A stretch of DNA of 33,348 bases from Octopus sinensis (taxonomy: Eukaryota), in NCBI RefSeq assembly GCF_006345805.1, contig NW_021832087.1:1-33348 (forward strand), written 5' to 3'. The stretch's first letter is position 1; each line of letters begins with the position of its first letter. The position numbers and the translations under genes are program-made. The notes beneath the pieces were generated by a model. The model ran no database searches. It saw nothing but the letters and a program-made list of their open reading frames with translations, and was not told the DNA's origin. This document shows, one piece after another, positions 12,122 through 24,497 of the stretch.

Positions 12122-13630
12122 TCAGGCAGTGAACTGGCAGAATCTTTAGCAAGCTGGACAAAATGCTTAGCGACACTTCGTCTGCCTTTACGTTCTGAGT
12201 TCATATTCCACCGAGGTCACCTTTGCCTTTATCGGAGTCGATAAACTAAGTACCAGTTGAACAATGAGGTCAATGTGATCGATTTAGCCTCCCCTACACC
12301 AGCATTTAGTAAAGTATATGGTGGTGAGCTGAAAGAATCGTTAACATGTCGGACAAAATGCTTAGCGGTATTTAGTCCGTCTAGGCGGCGAGCTGGCAGA
12401 AACTTTAGCACGCCGGGCGAAATGCTAAGCGGTTTTTCGTCTGCCATTACGTTCTCAGTTCAAATTCCGCCGAGGTCGACTTTGCCTTTCATCCTTTCGG
12501 GGTCGATTAAATAAGTACCAGTTAAGCACTGGGGTCGATATAATCGACTTAATCCATTTGTCTGTCCTTGTTTGTCCTCCCTGTGTTTAGCCCCTTGTGG
12601 GTAGTAAAGAAATAGGTATTTAGTCCGTCTTTATGTTCCGAGTTCAGATTCCATCGAGGTCGTTATAGCGTCTTTTATGCTTTTGGAGTCGATAAAACAA
12701 GGATCCGCTGAGGACTAGGGTCGATGTAATCCACTTGCCCTCTCACCCAAATTTTTAGGCTTTATGCCCATAATAGAAAGGATTGCAAATTATAATTAAG
12801 GTAGTGAGCTGGCAGAACCGTTAGCAAACGGGACAACATTCTTAATTGTATTTCGTTACTCTTTCGGTTCTGAGTTCAAATTCCATCGACATCGGCTTTG
12901 ACTTCCATCCTTTCGGGGTTGATAAAATCAGCACTTATTGTGCATTGGGGTGTATCAACCGTCTTCCATCTACCCTCAGAAACTGTTGACCTTATGCTAA
13001 AATTTGGAACTGTTATTTATTCCCCTGGGTTAGAATTCCATAGATGTCAACTTCACCTTTTATCCTTTCAAGATCGATAAATGTCAATTACTGGCTTCAG
13101 ATTTTAAGCCTTCTGCCTATAGTAGAAACGATTGTTGTTATCTTGTCTTAAGTGCATCCTAACAGAGCAAAACTTTAAACATATCCCTATTACTCACAAG
13201 CGACACAGAGTTTTGCCTCTCATTATTTGTTTTACTCTAAGTCAATAAGCTAGCAGTCTTGTTAGCACGCCGGGCGAAATGCTTAGCAGTATTTCGTCTG
13301 TCGCTACGTTCTGAGTTCAAATTCCTCCGAGGTCGACTTTGCCTTTCATCCTTTCGGGGTCGATTAAATAAGTACCAGTTACGCACTGGGGTCGATATAA
13401 TCGACTTAATCCGTTTGTCTGTTCTTGTTTGTTTCCTCTGTGTTTAGCCCCTTGTAGGTTGTAAAGAAATAGGTATTACGACTGCCGTTACGTTCAGAAT
13501 TCAAAATTCCGAATAGTGGAATTATTTCCTTGCCGAGCGTCCACCACTCGGGCCCATCCAGCGGCCTTCATTCTTTCACTCTGCTTTTTATCATTTTGGG
13601 GTCGATAAATTAAATACTGCTTAAATATTA
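12122..13630 (+). mobile_element. Cluster of about 6 plus-strand family A SINE copies, including a nested insertion 12383-12614 with TSD
   Basis: Repeated heads (gagctggcagaa) and central domains; TSD ggtatttagtccgtct at 12367-12382 and 12615-12630. Confidence 0.9.
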
Positions 13631-13904
13631 GGATCTTCTAAAAAGTTTGTGTTAGAGGAACAGAAACAACAATGACAGCTTAAATATTATTTTGGTGAAA
13701 GGACCCCATACCAGTTAATTACAAGGTAATTTAATTGAACTTGTCTTGATGTTTCTCCAAGGAAAATAAAATAATGGCTGTAAAAAATATTGACCTACAC
13801 AGTGTCCGAATTGTTCGAAACAGCCATATCAATCTTCCTCAGATTATACCCTCCCGCTTTGAACATGGAGAAATAAATGCTATGATTTAAAATTAGACCA
13901 CTAT

Positions 13905-15052
13905 TTATTTTAAATTTTGGTACAAGGCCAGGAAAGGCAGGGGAAGGGGTAAATCGTTGATATCGATCCTAGAGCTTGACTGGTACTTATTTTATCGACC
14001 CCAATAGGATATGTAGACCTCGGCAGAATTTGAACTCAGAACGTAAAGACGGACGAAATACCGCTAAGTATATCCATTGGCCTGATAATGAATCTGCCAA
14101 ATTGCCGCCTTAGAATTAGATAAAAGATCCATTCCACTAAACGCAAAAGTCATGAAATTTGGAGGGCGGGGAGTAGTCAATTACATCGACCCCAGTGTCT
14201 CATTGGTACTTAAATTATCGATCCCGAAAAGATGAAAGGCAAAGTCAACCTCGGTGGAATTTGAACACCGAACGTAATGATTCTGCCAGCTCACTGCTTT
14301 ATATAGTTAAAAATTAGGGTTTCAAATGTTGATACAAGCCCAGTAATATCGGAGGAGGGACTATGTAGACTACATCGACCCCAGTACTCAACTGGTACGA
14401 AATCACCTTGCGTGCTAACGTTTCTTATTTCTATATTGCCCACAAGGGGCTAAACATAAAAGGCACAAACAAGGACAGACAAACGGATTAAGTTGATTAC
14501 ATCAACCCCAGTGCGTAACTGGCACTTAATTTATCGACCCCGAAAGGATGAAAGGCAAAGTCGACCTCGGCGGAATTTGAACTCAGAATCCAGCTGCGGA
14601 CGAAATACCTATTTCGTTACTATCGACGAGGAGCTAAACACAGAGAGGACAAACAAGAACAGACAAACGGATTAAGTCGATTATATCGACCCCAGTGCGC
14701 AGCTGTTATTTATTTAATCGAGCCCGAAAGGATGAAAAGCAAAGTCGACCTCGGCGGAAAATGAACTCAGAACGTAACGGCAGATGAAATACCGCTAAGC
14801 ATTTCGCCCAGCGTGCTAAAGTTTCTGCCAGCTAGCCGCCTTAGATTTAAACAAATAATCCTGAAATTTTTTCAGGAGGAGACTAGTCAACGACATCAAC
14901 TCCAGTGTTTCATTGATACTTAATTTATCGACGCTGAAAAGATAAAATGGAACGTCAAACTCGGCGGAATTTGATTTCAGAACGTAGCGGCAGACGAAAT
15001 ACCGATAAGCATTTCGTTCAGCGAGCTGACGATTCTGCCAGCTAGCTGCGTA
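13905..15052 (-). mobile_element. Cluster of about 6 minus-strand family A SINE copies and fragments
   Basis: Repeated atcgaccccgaaaggatgaaaggcaaagtcgacctcggcggaatttgaactcagaacg and ...ttctgccagct heads. Confidence 0.9.
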
Positions 15053-15196
15053 GACTTAGACAAGTATTGAGAGACAAAACTATGCGTTAGTTGTGGGTAA
15101 TACAGATATGTTTAAAGCTTTGCTCCGTTAGGATGCATTTGGCACAAGATAACAACAACAACAAATATTTAAAGAGAATAATATTAAAACCGAATA

Positions 15197-15340
15197 ACAG
15201 GAGTGGCTGTGTGGTATGTAGCTTGCTTACCAACCACATGGTTCCGAGATCTGTCCCACTGCGTGGCGCCTTGAGCCGACCAAAGTTTTAAGAGTGGCTT
15301 TAGTAGACGGAAACTGAAACAAGCACGTCGAATATATATA

Positions 15341-15416
<76 letters not shown>

Positions 15417-15625
15417 GTCTGCTTTTGTCCCCAAGCCATCGCTTGACAACCAATGTTGGTGCGTTTACGTCCCTGCAATCTAGTGGTTTGGCAAAAGAGG
15501 TAGATAGAAGATGTACTACGTTTACAAAGAATAAGTTCTCGTCGATTTGTTCGACTAAAAGCAGCGCTCTAGCATGGCCGCAATAAAATGACTGACACAA
15601 ATAAAAGAATAAAAGAATAAATAAT
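15197..15625 (+). mobile_element. Family B (CORE-like) tRNA-SINE, near full length, with internal (TA)n and a small central deletion
   Basis: Head ggagtggctgtgtggt...ggttccgagatctgtcccactgcgtggcgccttg; tail ...aataaaagaataaaagaata. Confidence 0.9.
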
Positions 15626-15659
15626 AAAAAAATATCTCCTGAACATGGCCATGTTATTA

Positions 15660-15895
15660 AGGAATTTACATTGCAGCCCCGTAGTTCGCGTTCAGTACCG
15701 GGGCCAAAGCTTTGCGAGTGTATTTGGCTGACGGAAACTGTTTGGAAGCCCTTGGCATATATTACATGTATACATACATACATAATTACATACACACACA
15801 TACATATGTGTGTGTATGTGTGTCTGTTTTTGTTGGACTTCTAGCAGCGTTTGGAAACCGGTGTTCGCTTGTTTACGACCCTATGTCTTAGTATA
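15660..15895 (+). mobile_element. Degraded family B SINE
   Basis: ggccaaagctttgcgagtgtatttggctgacggaaactg...gtttacgaccc. Confidence 0.65.
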
Positions 15896-15899
15896 TACT

Positions 15900-16288
15900 G
15901 TGGTGGCACTCCGTCGGTTATAACGACTAGTGTTCCAGTTGATCCGGTCATCGGAACAGCCTGCTCGTGAAATTAACGTGCAAGTGGCTGAGCGCTCCAC
16001 AGATACGTGTACTAATAATGTAGTTCTCGGGGAGATTCAGTATGAGACAAAGTATGACAAGGCTTGCCCTTTGAAATACAGGTACAACAGAAACAGGAAG
16101 AAAGAATGAGAGAAAGTTGTGGTGAAAGAGTACAGCAGGGTTGGCCACCACCCGCCACTGGAACCACGTGGTGCTTTTAGGTGTTTTCGCTCGATAAACA
16201 CTCACAACGCCCGGTCTGGGAATCGAAACCGCGATCTTAAGACCGCGAGGCCGCTGCCCTAACCACAGGGCCATTGCGTTTCCACAGT
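15900..16288 (-). mobile_element. Family D tRNA-SINE, full length
   Basis: Reverse complement: tgtggaaacgcaatggccctgtggttagggcagcgg...ggtttcgattccc (A and B boxes) ... accgacggagtgccacc; explains ORF 15948..16274. Confidence 0.85.
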
Positions 16289-16929
16289 ATGTGCTAAAAC
16301 GATAGCATATGTACCAGATTTAGAACTAAGTAGATGGATCAATATGTTCGACTTAACACTTCAAGGCCGTGCTCCAGTATGACCGCAATCAAATATGGGA
16401 AACATGTAAAAGATAAAAGCTCCTGAATATTTTTGAATGTTGCAAAATATCCAATCATCTATCACTAATTACCTCCCCTTCTTTTCCCAGCATTCTCTCT
16501 TATCTACCCTCATTCAAAACTGCTATTTAGTTACCTCCCTTGAACTTCATACATATTGTTGTTGTTTTTTTTGTTTTTTTTTATCTTTCAACTTCATCTA
16601 CTTTTCACGTTCACCTTTTCTGTAATTTCACATAATTCCTCAATAATCAGTACCACAGCTGTTACAGACGTTCTTTAATGCTTTCCTTCTTAATTACTTC
16701 TTTCTCTCCTTTCTTTATTATTTAAAAAAAATTCCTTCAATCCACCCCTCTCGACCACCCGCTTTAAAATGCATCGTTACTCATACAAATTTCACACATT
16801 TTTGCACATACAGGTCTCTACCCGTCTCTCTTTCTCTCGCAGTCCCACATTCTGAAAACACGCAATATCATCTTTATTCGCACACGCTCCGGTCGTCTTT
16901 CTCAAACATATTACAATCTCAGCATTACC

Positions 16930-16990
16930 TCCACTCTTTTCTCTCTCTCCCTTTCTCTTTCTCTCTCCCTATCGCTCTCTCTGTCTCTCA

Positions 16991-17048
<58 letters not shown>

Positions 17049-17084
17049 GTCTGTCTGTCTGCTGTTTGCCTGTCTGTCTGATAG

Positions 17085-17124
<40 letters not shown>

Positions 17125-17135
17125 CCTATCTATCA
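16930..17135. repeat. (CT)n/(CTAT)n/(CTGT)n microsatellites
   Basis: Directly visible. Confidence 0.95.
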
Positions 17136-17409
17136 TTGTTTACCGCATCTCTTTCGATATACATGCACTCACACATACACACACATAGGCGCATATTTAC
17201 TTCTACAAAATGATATCGTCACATTTTTATGCTTGAATATAAAAAGAGAGAATAAAAACCTACTCTTATACTAATACTCTGCGCTCCCCCCCATACCCAC
17301 CGATACACACAACCAGTCAGGCATATATACACACATTCTCCTACTGATATATTTGTAGATCAATAGAGCCATACACTCATTGACACTATATACGTAAAAT
17401 AAATACGCA

Positions 17410-17940
17410 ACAGTATATATATATTATATATATATATATATAATATATATATATATATATTATATATATATATATATTATATATATATATATACATATAT
17501 ATATAATATATACACATATATATATATATCTTTAAATATGTATATATATGTGTATATATATATGTATAAACATATATATATATATATAATATATATATAT
17601 ATATATGTATGTATATATATATGTATATATATTTGTATGTATATATGTATGTATACACATGTATATATATATGTATATATGTATATATATATATATATAT
17701 ATACATATAACGCATATATCTATGTACACACATATATACATATACGCACTGTTACACACATACATACATATATATATATATGTATGTATTATATACATGA
17801 ATACATACATATATATATATATTATATATTATATATATATATTATATATATATATATATAATATATATATATATATATTTATATATTATATATATATATA
17901 TATATATATGTATAGATATATATAATATATATAATACACA
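17410..17940. repeat. Long degenerate (TA)n tract
   Basis: Directly visible. Confidence 0.96.
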
Positions 17941-18639
17941 CACACTCACATATATGCACTTATACATACATATCCTCGCACATATAAATACATGCTTACA
18001 AGCACAATTCTCCCCGATAAGCATGTGTTTTCCTTTCGGTCTGTCTGTCTGTCTCTCTATATTTCTCTCTCAATCTCTCTATCTCTCCTTCTCTCCATCT
18101 CTTCATCTCCCGTATTTTTTCTCTCTCTCTCTCCATGCCCCCTTCTCTTCTTCTTTCGTCTCTCTCACTCTCATTCTCTCTCTATATCTCCATCTGTCAT
18201 CTCTCCTATCTCTCTCTCACTCTCACCCAATAAAAATGGCCTCCCATTAATTTCTTTCTTGCTCTTTTTTTGAACCATTCGTAGCTTCCTTCCTCTCCTT
18301 TGGTTTTTGTCGTAACCTATCCTTCACAAATTCCAACGAATACTGATCGATACAAGCATATGAATACAGTTTAATTCGGCGACTCAACCGACTTCCGGAT
18401 GAGACTGAATACGCCATTATAGCGCCTAATTGCTGATTTGTGCGTTATGTTATTTCTGTTTGACGATTATTCTTCTCAATTCTCTCGTTTTAATCCTCTT
18501 CCCCACCCCCAGCTCCCCTACCAAATCCAGCCATTTCCACGTCTTCCTATATCCTGTCTTGTCATCTCCTTCAGTCGCTCCTCCCACTTCTACCACTTCT
18601 CCAACTTCTACTCTCTCACACACGTATGAACTCACATAC

Positions 18640-18690
18640 GAACATGCGCAAACACATATATACATATATTTATGTATGTGTTTATATATG

Positions 18691-18757
<67 letters not shown>

Positions 18758-18783
18758 TGTATATATATATATATATATTATAT

Positions 18784-18826
<43 letters not shown>

Positions 18827-18840
18827 ATATATATATATTC
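18640..18840. repeat. (TA)n tract
   Basis: Directly visible. Confidence 0.96.
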
Positions 18841-18974
18841 TCGCACACACACACTCCCTCTCTGTGTCTCTCTCTCATTCTCTCTCTTGTGTTTTTTTTT
18901 CAATAATGACCGAAAGTTCTTTTGAAAAACCCGGCCACTGGTATCAGCTGATTATGATACAAAGCTAAGAAGAA

Positions 18975-19153
18975 TAAAACACGACAACAATAACAAAAAC
19001 AACAACAGTAACAACAACAACAACAACAGCAACAGCAACACTGATAATAACAGCAGTGACTACGACGACAACGGCGATGATAACGGTAATGATGTTGATG
19101 GTGATAATGCTGATGATGATGACGACGACGACGACGGTGATGATGATGAAGAA

Positions 19154-19188
<35 letters not shown>

Positions 19189-19325
19189 CGAAGATGATGG
19201 TGATGATGATGATGATGATGAGGATGATGATGATGATAATGATGATGATGAAGATGATGATGATGATGATGATGATGATGACGATGATGATGATGATGAT
19301 GATGATGAAGATGATGATGATGATG

Positions 19326-19364
<39 letters not shown>

Positions 19365-19400
19365 GTGATGGGAATAGCGACGGTGGTGATGATGTTGTGG
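18975..19400. repeat. (AAC)n grading into (GAC)/(GAT)n triplet repeat
   Basis: Directly visible; source of the poly-M/D ORFs. Confidence 0.96.
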
Positions 19401-19739
19401 AAGAGGACGATGGCAACGCTTCGGTTAAATAAATAAATAAATAAATGTAAAAAAATATTAAAGTTGAAAATATAAATAACAACAAAAAAATCACACACTC
19501 ACACACACACACGCGCGCGCACACACACACGCGCGCGCACACACACTAGAAAGATTTGTATATTGTGTATTTTTTTATGTAGTGATACGGGTTTCGAATT
19601 GTACTAACAACAATAACAGGAAGGACAGTAACAGCCAAAATATATGGAGCAGAACAAACAAGCGTGCCGTTGTCAATAGTGATGATGATGATGGCGGAAG
19701 ATAAAGAGGAAAAGAGGCGGGTGGATCATCAACATAGCC

Positions 19740-19833
19740 ATCTTCACCATCGTCGTCATCGTCATCATCATCGTGATCGTCGTCATCATTGTCATCATCA
19801 ACATCATCATATTCATCATCATCATCGCCACCG

Positions 19834-19866
<33 letters not shown>

Positions 19867-20047
19867 CCATTATCATTATCATCATCATCATCATCATCAT
19901 CATCGTCATCATCATCATCATCATCATTATCATCATCATCATCAACGTCATCGTTATCATCATTATTGGTCATCGTCATCATCATCGTTAGCCCCATCGT
20001 CGTCATCATGATCATCATGATCATGATCATTATCATCATCATCATCG

Positions 20048-20082
<35 letters not shown>

Positions 20083-20165
20083 GTCATTGTCGTAGTCGTC
20101 GTGTCTTCGTTGTCATCTTCGTCGTCGTCGTCGCCGTCGTCGTATTCATCGCCGTCAGCATCATG
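19740..20165. repeat. (CAT)n/(CGT)n triplet repeat
   Basis: Directly visible; source of the poly-H/S/I ORFs. Confidence 0.96.
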
Positions 20166-20603
20166 GTGAACGTCAGCGTTAAAAGAGAGAAAAAAATTGT
20201 TTTTGCACAAACAAGGAAGATCAATAAGGACTGAAGGAAAATGTGCCACAAGAAATGAAAATCAGGACAAACGAGCGAAATTGGAATAATGTAGACCGCA
20301 CAGAGAGCAATGGTGTTTAATAAACAAACAGCAAATTGAAAGAATACGGTGTCCGCAAAAGAAAGCCTTGCTTTTCCGTTCTTCATTCTTGTTGCAGTAA
20401 CAATTACCTACATTAGTATAATCTATTAAAATAGAAAAGTAATGAGTAGGTATAGTCTAGAAAATTGATCCCAGTACATGAATGGTATTTGTTCTCCTTG
20501 TTTTTAATTTTTGATCTATCGCTCCTTGGAAGAATAAAATGATCGGTCAATGTAACGCAAAACTAAATAGAAAGCGGATACCAAAAAATAGTAATAGTAA
20601 TAA

Positions 20604-20692
<89 letters not shown>

Positions 20693-20693
<1 letters not shown>

Positions 20694-21424
20694 AACACAA
20701 GACCAAAGCCTCCCCACCAGAAATTACCAAAAACATATAATGAAAAGAAATATAACAAGTAGCTGCAGAATATGTGGAGATGGACAAGAAACAATAAATC
20801 CTATTATCTCTGGCTGCCCAGTCCTGGCTAAGAAGGAATATATTCACAGACATGACAGAGTTGGGACCTTCATACACTGGAAGCTATGCCAACATTATGA
20901 AATAACAACAGAAAAAAGATGGTATAGGCACACCCTAGAAAAGGTCACAGAAAATGAGAAAGCAACCATACTCTGGGATATGCCAATACACACAGATAGA
21001 GAAATTAAGGCCAAAAGACCAAATATAGTTGTCAGAGATCATGAAGAAAAAATGCTTTCTAATTGATGTATCAATACCAGCGGATGACAACGTGTCTCTA
21101 AAAGAAATGGAGAAACTTTCAAAATACAAAGACCTAGAAATAGAGGTAACTCGAATGTGGAATCTAAAAACAGAAACAATTCCTATCATAGTAGGTGCAT
21201 TAGGCATGATAAAAAAATATTCAGACAAATACATAACAAAAACACCAAGACTTACAAACACATATAACATACAGAAAATTGGACTACTGGGCACTCCACA
21301 CATCCTACGCAAAACACTTTCAATACAGTAACCATAAGAGCATCACAACAAATCACAGCACATACCCAAGGCACACAGAGCTGCGCTCGGTAGTGAAGTG
21401 ACAGCACGATATGAAAAAAACTGA
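20693..21424 (+). mobile_element. R4/Dong-like (RLE) non-LTR retrotransposon 3' fragment with 3' UTR, embedded in (TAA)n
   Basis: QDQSLPTRNY...CRICGDGQETINPIISGC (CCHC-like knuckle), HRHDRV, ILWDMPIHTDREIKAKRPNIVV, then a frameshift in an A-run near 21050, then CFLIDVSIP...KEMEKLSKY...PIIVGALG...ILRKTL*. Flanked by (TAA)n(CAT)n and (TAA)n. Confidence 0.88.
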
Positions 21425-21439
21425 ATAATAATAATAATG

Positions 21440-21482
<43 letters not shown>

Positions 21483-21525
21483 TAATAATAATAATAATAA
21501 TAATATTAATAATAATAATGATGAC

Positions 21526-21558
<33 letters not shown>

Positions 21559-21573
21559 AATAACAACAACAAC

Positions 21574-21626
<53 letters not shown>

Positions 21627-21629
21627 TAT

Positions 21630-21846
21630 TGTTTTCTACTATAGGCACAAGGTCTGAAATTTGTGGGAAGGGGCTAAGTCGATCATACAAAACCCCAGTA
21701 CTTGACTAGTACTTAATTTATCAACCCCCAAAGGATGAAAGGCAAAGTTGGCCTCGGTGGAATTTGAATTCAAAGTGTAAAGACGTAGGAAATACCGCTA
21801 AGCATTTTATCCGGCATGCCAAGGATTCTGCCACCGCGCCGCCTTA
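21630..21846 (-). mobile_element. Family A SINE (short variant) inside the TAA repeat
   Basis: Head-to-tail homology to family A; TAA repeats on both sides. Confidence 0.88.
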
Positions 21847-21867
21847 CAAATAATAATAATAATGATG

Positions 21868-21940
<73 letters not shown>

Positions 21941-21946
<6 letters not shown>

Positions 21947-22395
21947 GTAGTGAAAATACTGCACTGGAAATGGAGGCTAGAGAGGCCTGGAATTTTCTGA
22001 TCCGACCCAATCAGGTGCTGGATCATAACAAACTGATCCTAGTGGTGATCAACAAGATGCACCATATATGCTGTATAGATGATGTTGGATGCAGGGTCCA
22101 CCTACGAATATTCAAGAATGAAATAAATAAATATATTAATACAACCCTCGTAAGTACGAATAACCTGGCTATGGGAAATGAAGAAGGTGAAGGTAGAGCC
22201 AATTATTGTTGGGTCCTTGGGAACAGTATCAGAAGGCATCAAGGAGAAATATAAAGGAAACTGGAATAGAGTGCCCCGTAGAACTGTTACGAAAAGTTTG
22301 CCTCTTTGGCACAGCTAGAATAATCAAGAAAGTATTAGATAGCCGAAAAAAATGGATAGCATGCATGATTCCAGGAGCTCCAACAAAACCTGGGA
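21941..22395 (+). mobile_element. Second, more decayed R4/Dong-like RLE fragment (different family)
   Basis: WNFLIRPNQVLDHNKLILVVINK..CCIDDV / WEMKKVKVEPIIVGSLGTVS / LLRKVCLFGTARIIKKVLD across frameshifts; TAA repeats on both sides. Confidence 0.75.
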
Positions 22396-22447
22396 TGATG
22401 AGGATGATGATGATGATGATGATAATAATAGTAATAATAATAATAAC

Positions 22448-22497
<50 letters not shown>

Positions 22498-22545
22498 AAA
22501 AATGAAGAAATAAATGAACCAAAAAAGACCCAAAAAGACCCATAA

Positions 22546-23397
22546 AGTCAATAGCCTTTTTGAGCTCTGCTATAGATGGCAAACTGTCAAGATCACACAT
22601 GACCGGCAAGATCTTGACACCCTCGAGTGCAGCCTCAGCTACCGTGGTCTCCCGTGAGTAGAGATCCTAGTAGTACTCCACCCATCTATCCATTTGCTTG
22701 CTTTGGTCCTTGATGAGATCTCCAGTAGCTGATTTCAGAGGGGCTGACTTGGTTGCGGATGGACCGAGGGCCTTCTTCAAACCGGCATACATCCCACGGG
22801 TGTCGCCACTGTCAGCAGCTGACTGAATAGTCTGACAGATTACCTGCCAATACCTATTTGCACAGCGTCTGGCAGTCAGTTGGCCTTTATTTCTTGCCTT
22901 TCTGAGTTCTTCGAGTGACTTTGTAGAAGAATCACTCTTGTATTGCATCAGAGCTGCATGCTTTGCTTCGATAACTGGGCTTTGCCTTTCTCTCATGCCG
23001 AAAGTATCTATTGATGTGGTATACAAAGCTTCCCTGATATAATTCCACCTACTTTCAGCAGAGGAGGTTGGGCAGCTACTGAGGGCAACCTTGATAGAAA
23101 CAGCAAAACATTTTCGCAATGTAGGGTCGGAGGTTCTGGCAGTGTTAATGCGTGGTAGGCCCATTTTCTTGGAGTGATGGAGTTTCTTAGGCAGAATCCT
23201 CACTCTGCTTCTTATTAGTGAATGATGTGTGTCATAATCCGCACTGTGGTAACTACGGGTCAGTTGAACAGAATTCAAAAATGATCTTCGTGTAATGATG
23301 AGAACCAGCTGATGTCAGTGGTGAGATCTTGGATGTCTCCAAGATGCCTTGTGGGATGTCTTGTTGGCAAAGAATGTGCTGGTGATGCACGGGTTAT
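22546..23397 (-). mobile_element. RTE-clade LINE internal fragment (end of the APE endonuclease to the start of RT)
   Basis: One frame with two stops: CITSTFFANK..ASWRHPRSHH*HQLVLIITRR...TRSYHSADYDTHHSL...RWVEYY*DLYSRET...PSIAELKKAID. Confidence 0.88.
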
Positions 23398-23659
23398 AGT
23401 ATGTGCAAAATTCAAGTAGTCTTTGACCATTGTCATTCATGTTGCCAATATCAAATCACATACGCTTACATATATACATACATATGTATAATATTGATTT
23501 GTTTCAGTTCATGTCTACGAAATCCATATATATATATGTGTGTACACACACACACACAACACACACACACACACACACACACACAAAGATAAATTGATAG
23601 ATACAACTGAGTGGGCAAGCAAAAATATGAGACATTGCGTAGTGCTTTTTTTATATTTT

Positions 23660-23970
23660 GATAAGCCTGGTACTTATTCTATCAGTTTCTACTTGTGAAA
23701 CCAGTAAGTTATGGGGATGTAAATAAACGAACACCAGTTGTGAAGCAGTGATGAGGGAGAAACACAAAGACACACACATAGACTTACATATATACATACA
23801 TATAAACACAACTGATTTCTTTCAGTTTCTGTCTACAAAATCCACTGACAAGGCTTTGGTTGGTCTGAGGCTATAGCAGAAGAGACATGCCAAGTTACCA
23901 CACAGTGGGACTGAACTGAGAACCTTGTGTTTTGGAACCAAGTTTTTTACCACACTGCCAAACCTGCACC
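23660..23970 (-). mobile_element. Family B SINE, heavily CpG-decayed
   Basis: Colinear with the copies at 28190-28650 and 28878-29312, with CpG positions read as TG or CA. Confidence 0.85.
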
Positions 23971-24156
23971 TATGTATGTGTGTGGGGGTGGAGTTGTGTG
24001 TATGGGTGTATATATATATATATATATGTATGCATGTATATATGTGTGTATATATATATATGGGTATATATTATATATACATCTATATATATATATATAT
24101 ATATATACATCTAGACATACATGTATACATATACATGTATACATATACATGTATAT

Positions 24157-24203
<47 letters not shown>

Positions 24204-24244
24204 ACATCCATATATATACATGTATTATATACATCCATATACAT

Positions 24245-24493
24245 ACAATAGAGAGATGTTTTTATTTATTTCACTTTTAACACGTAATACTGAAATAGTG
24301 GAGAAGATATGATATTGCTGTGGGCCCGCCCTAGGCTAGATGTTAAACATTTTTTTTGCCTATGACACTATATGGACCCTAAGTAAGGCATGCGTTATAT
24401 TTGAATGAAATTGGTTGTGTAGTTCTCAAGTTTTAGGGATTCACACAGATAGACAGACAGACACACACACATTCTCAGTTTTATATATATAGA
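24245..24493 (-). mobile_element. Helitron-like non-autonomous element 5' end (copy B)
   Basis: Minus strand starts a|TCtatatatataaaactgagaatgtgtgtgtgtctgtctgtct..., the TC-start, T-rich/GTCT-repeat pattern I recall for invertebrate Helitron-N elements. Homologous to 26235-26362. No 3' CTRR/hairpin seen for this copy. Confidence 0.55.
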
Positions 24494-24497
24494 TATA

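Noticed and set aside
15900-16288. tRNA-like A/B boxes here and at 26640-26705
   Set aside because: These are SINE heads followed by SINE bodies and do not form complete cloverleaves.
18965-20249. Poly-Met/Asp/His ORFs resembling acidic biomineral or His-rich proteins
   Set aside because: They are (GAT)n/(CAT)n microsatellites open in several frames on both strands, with no signal peptide or splice context.
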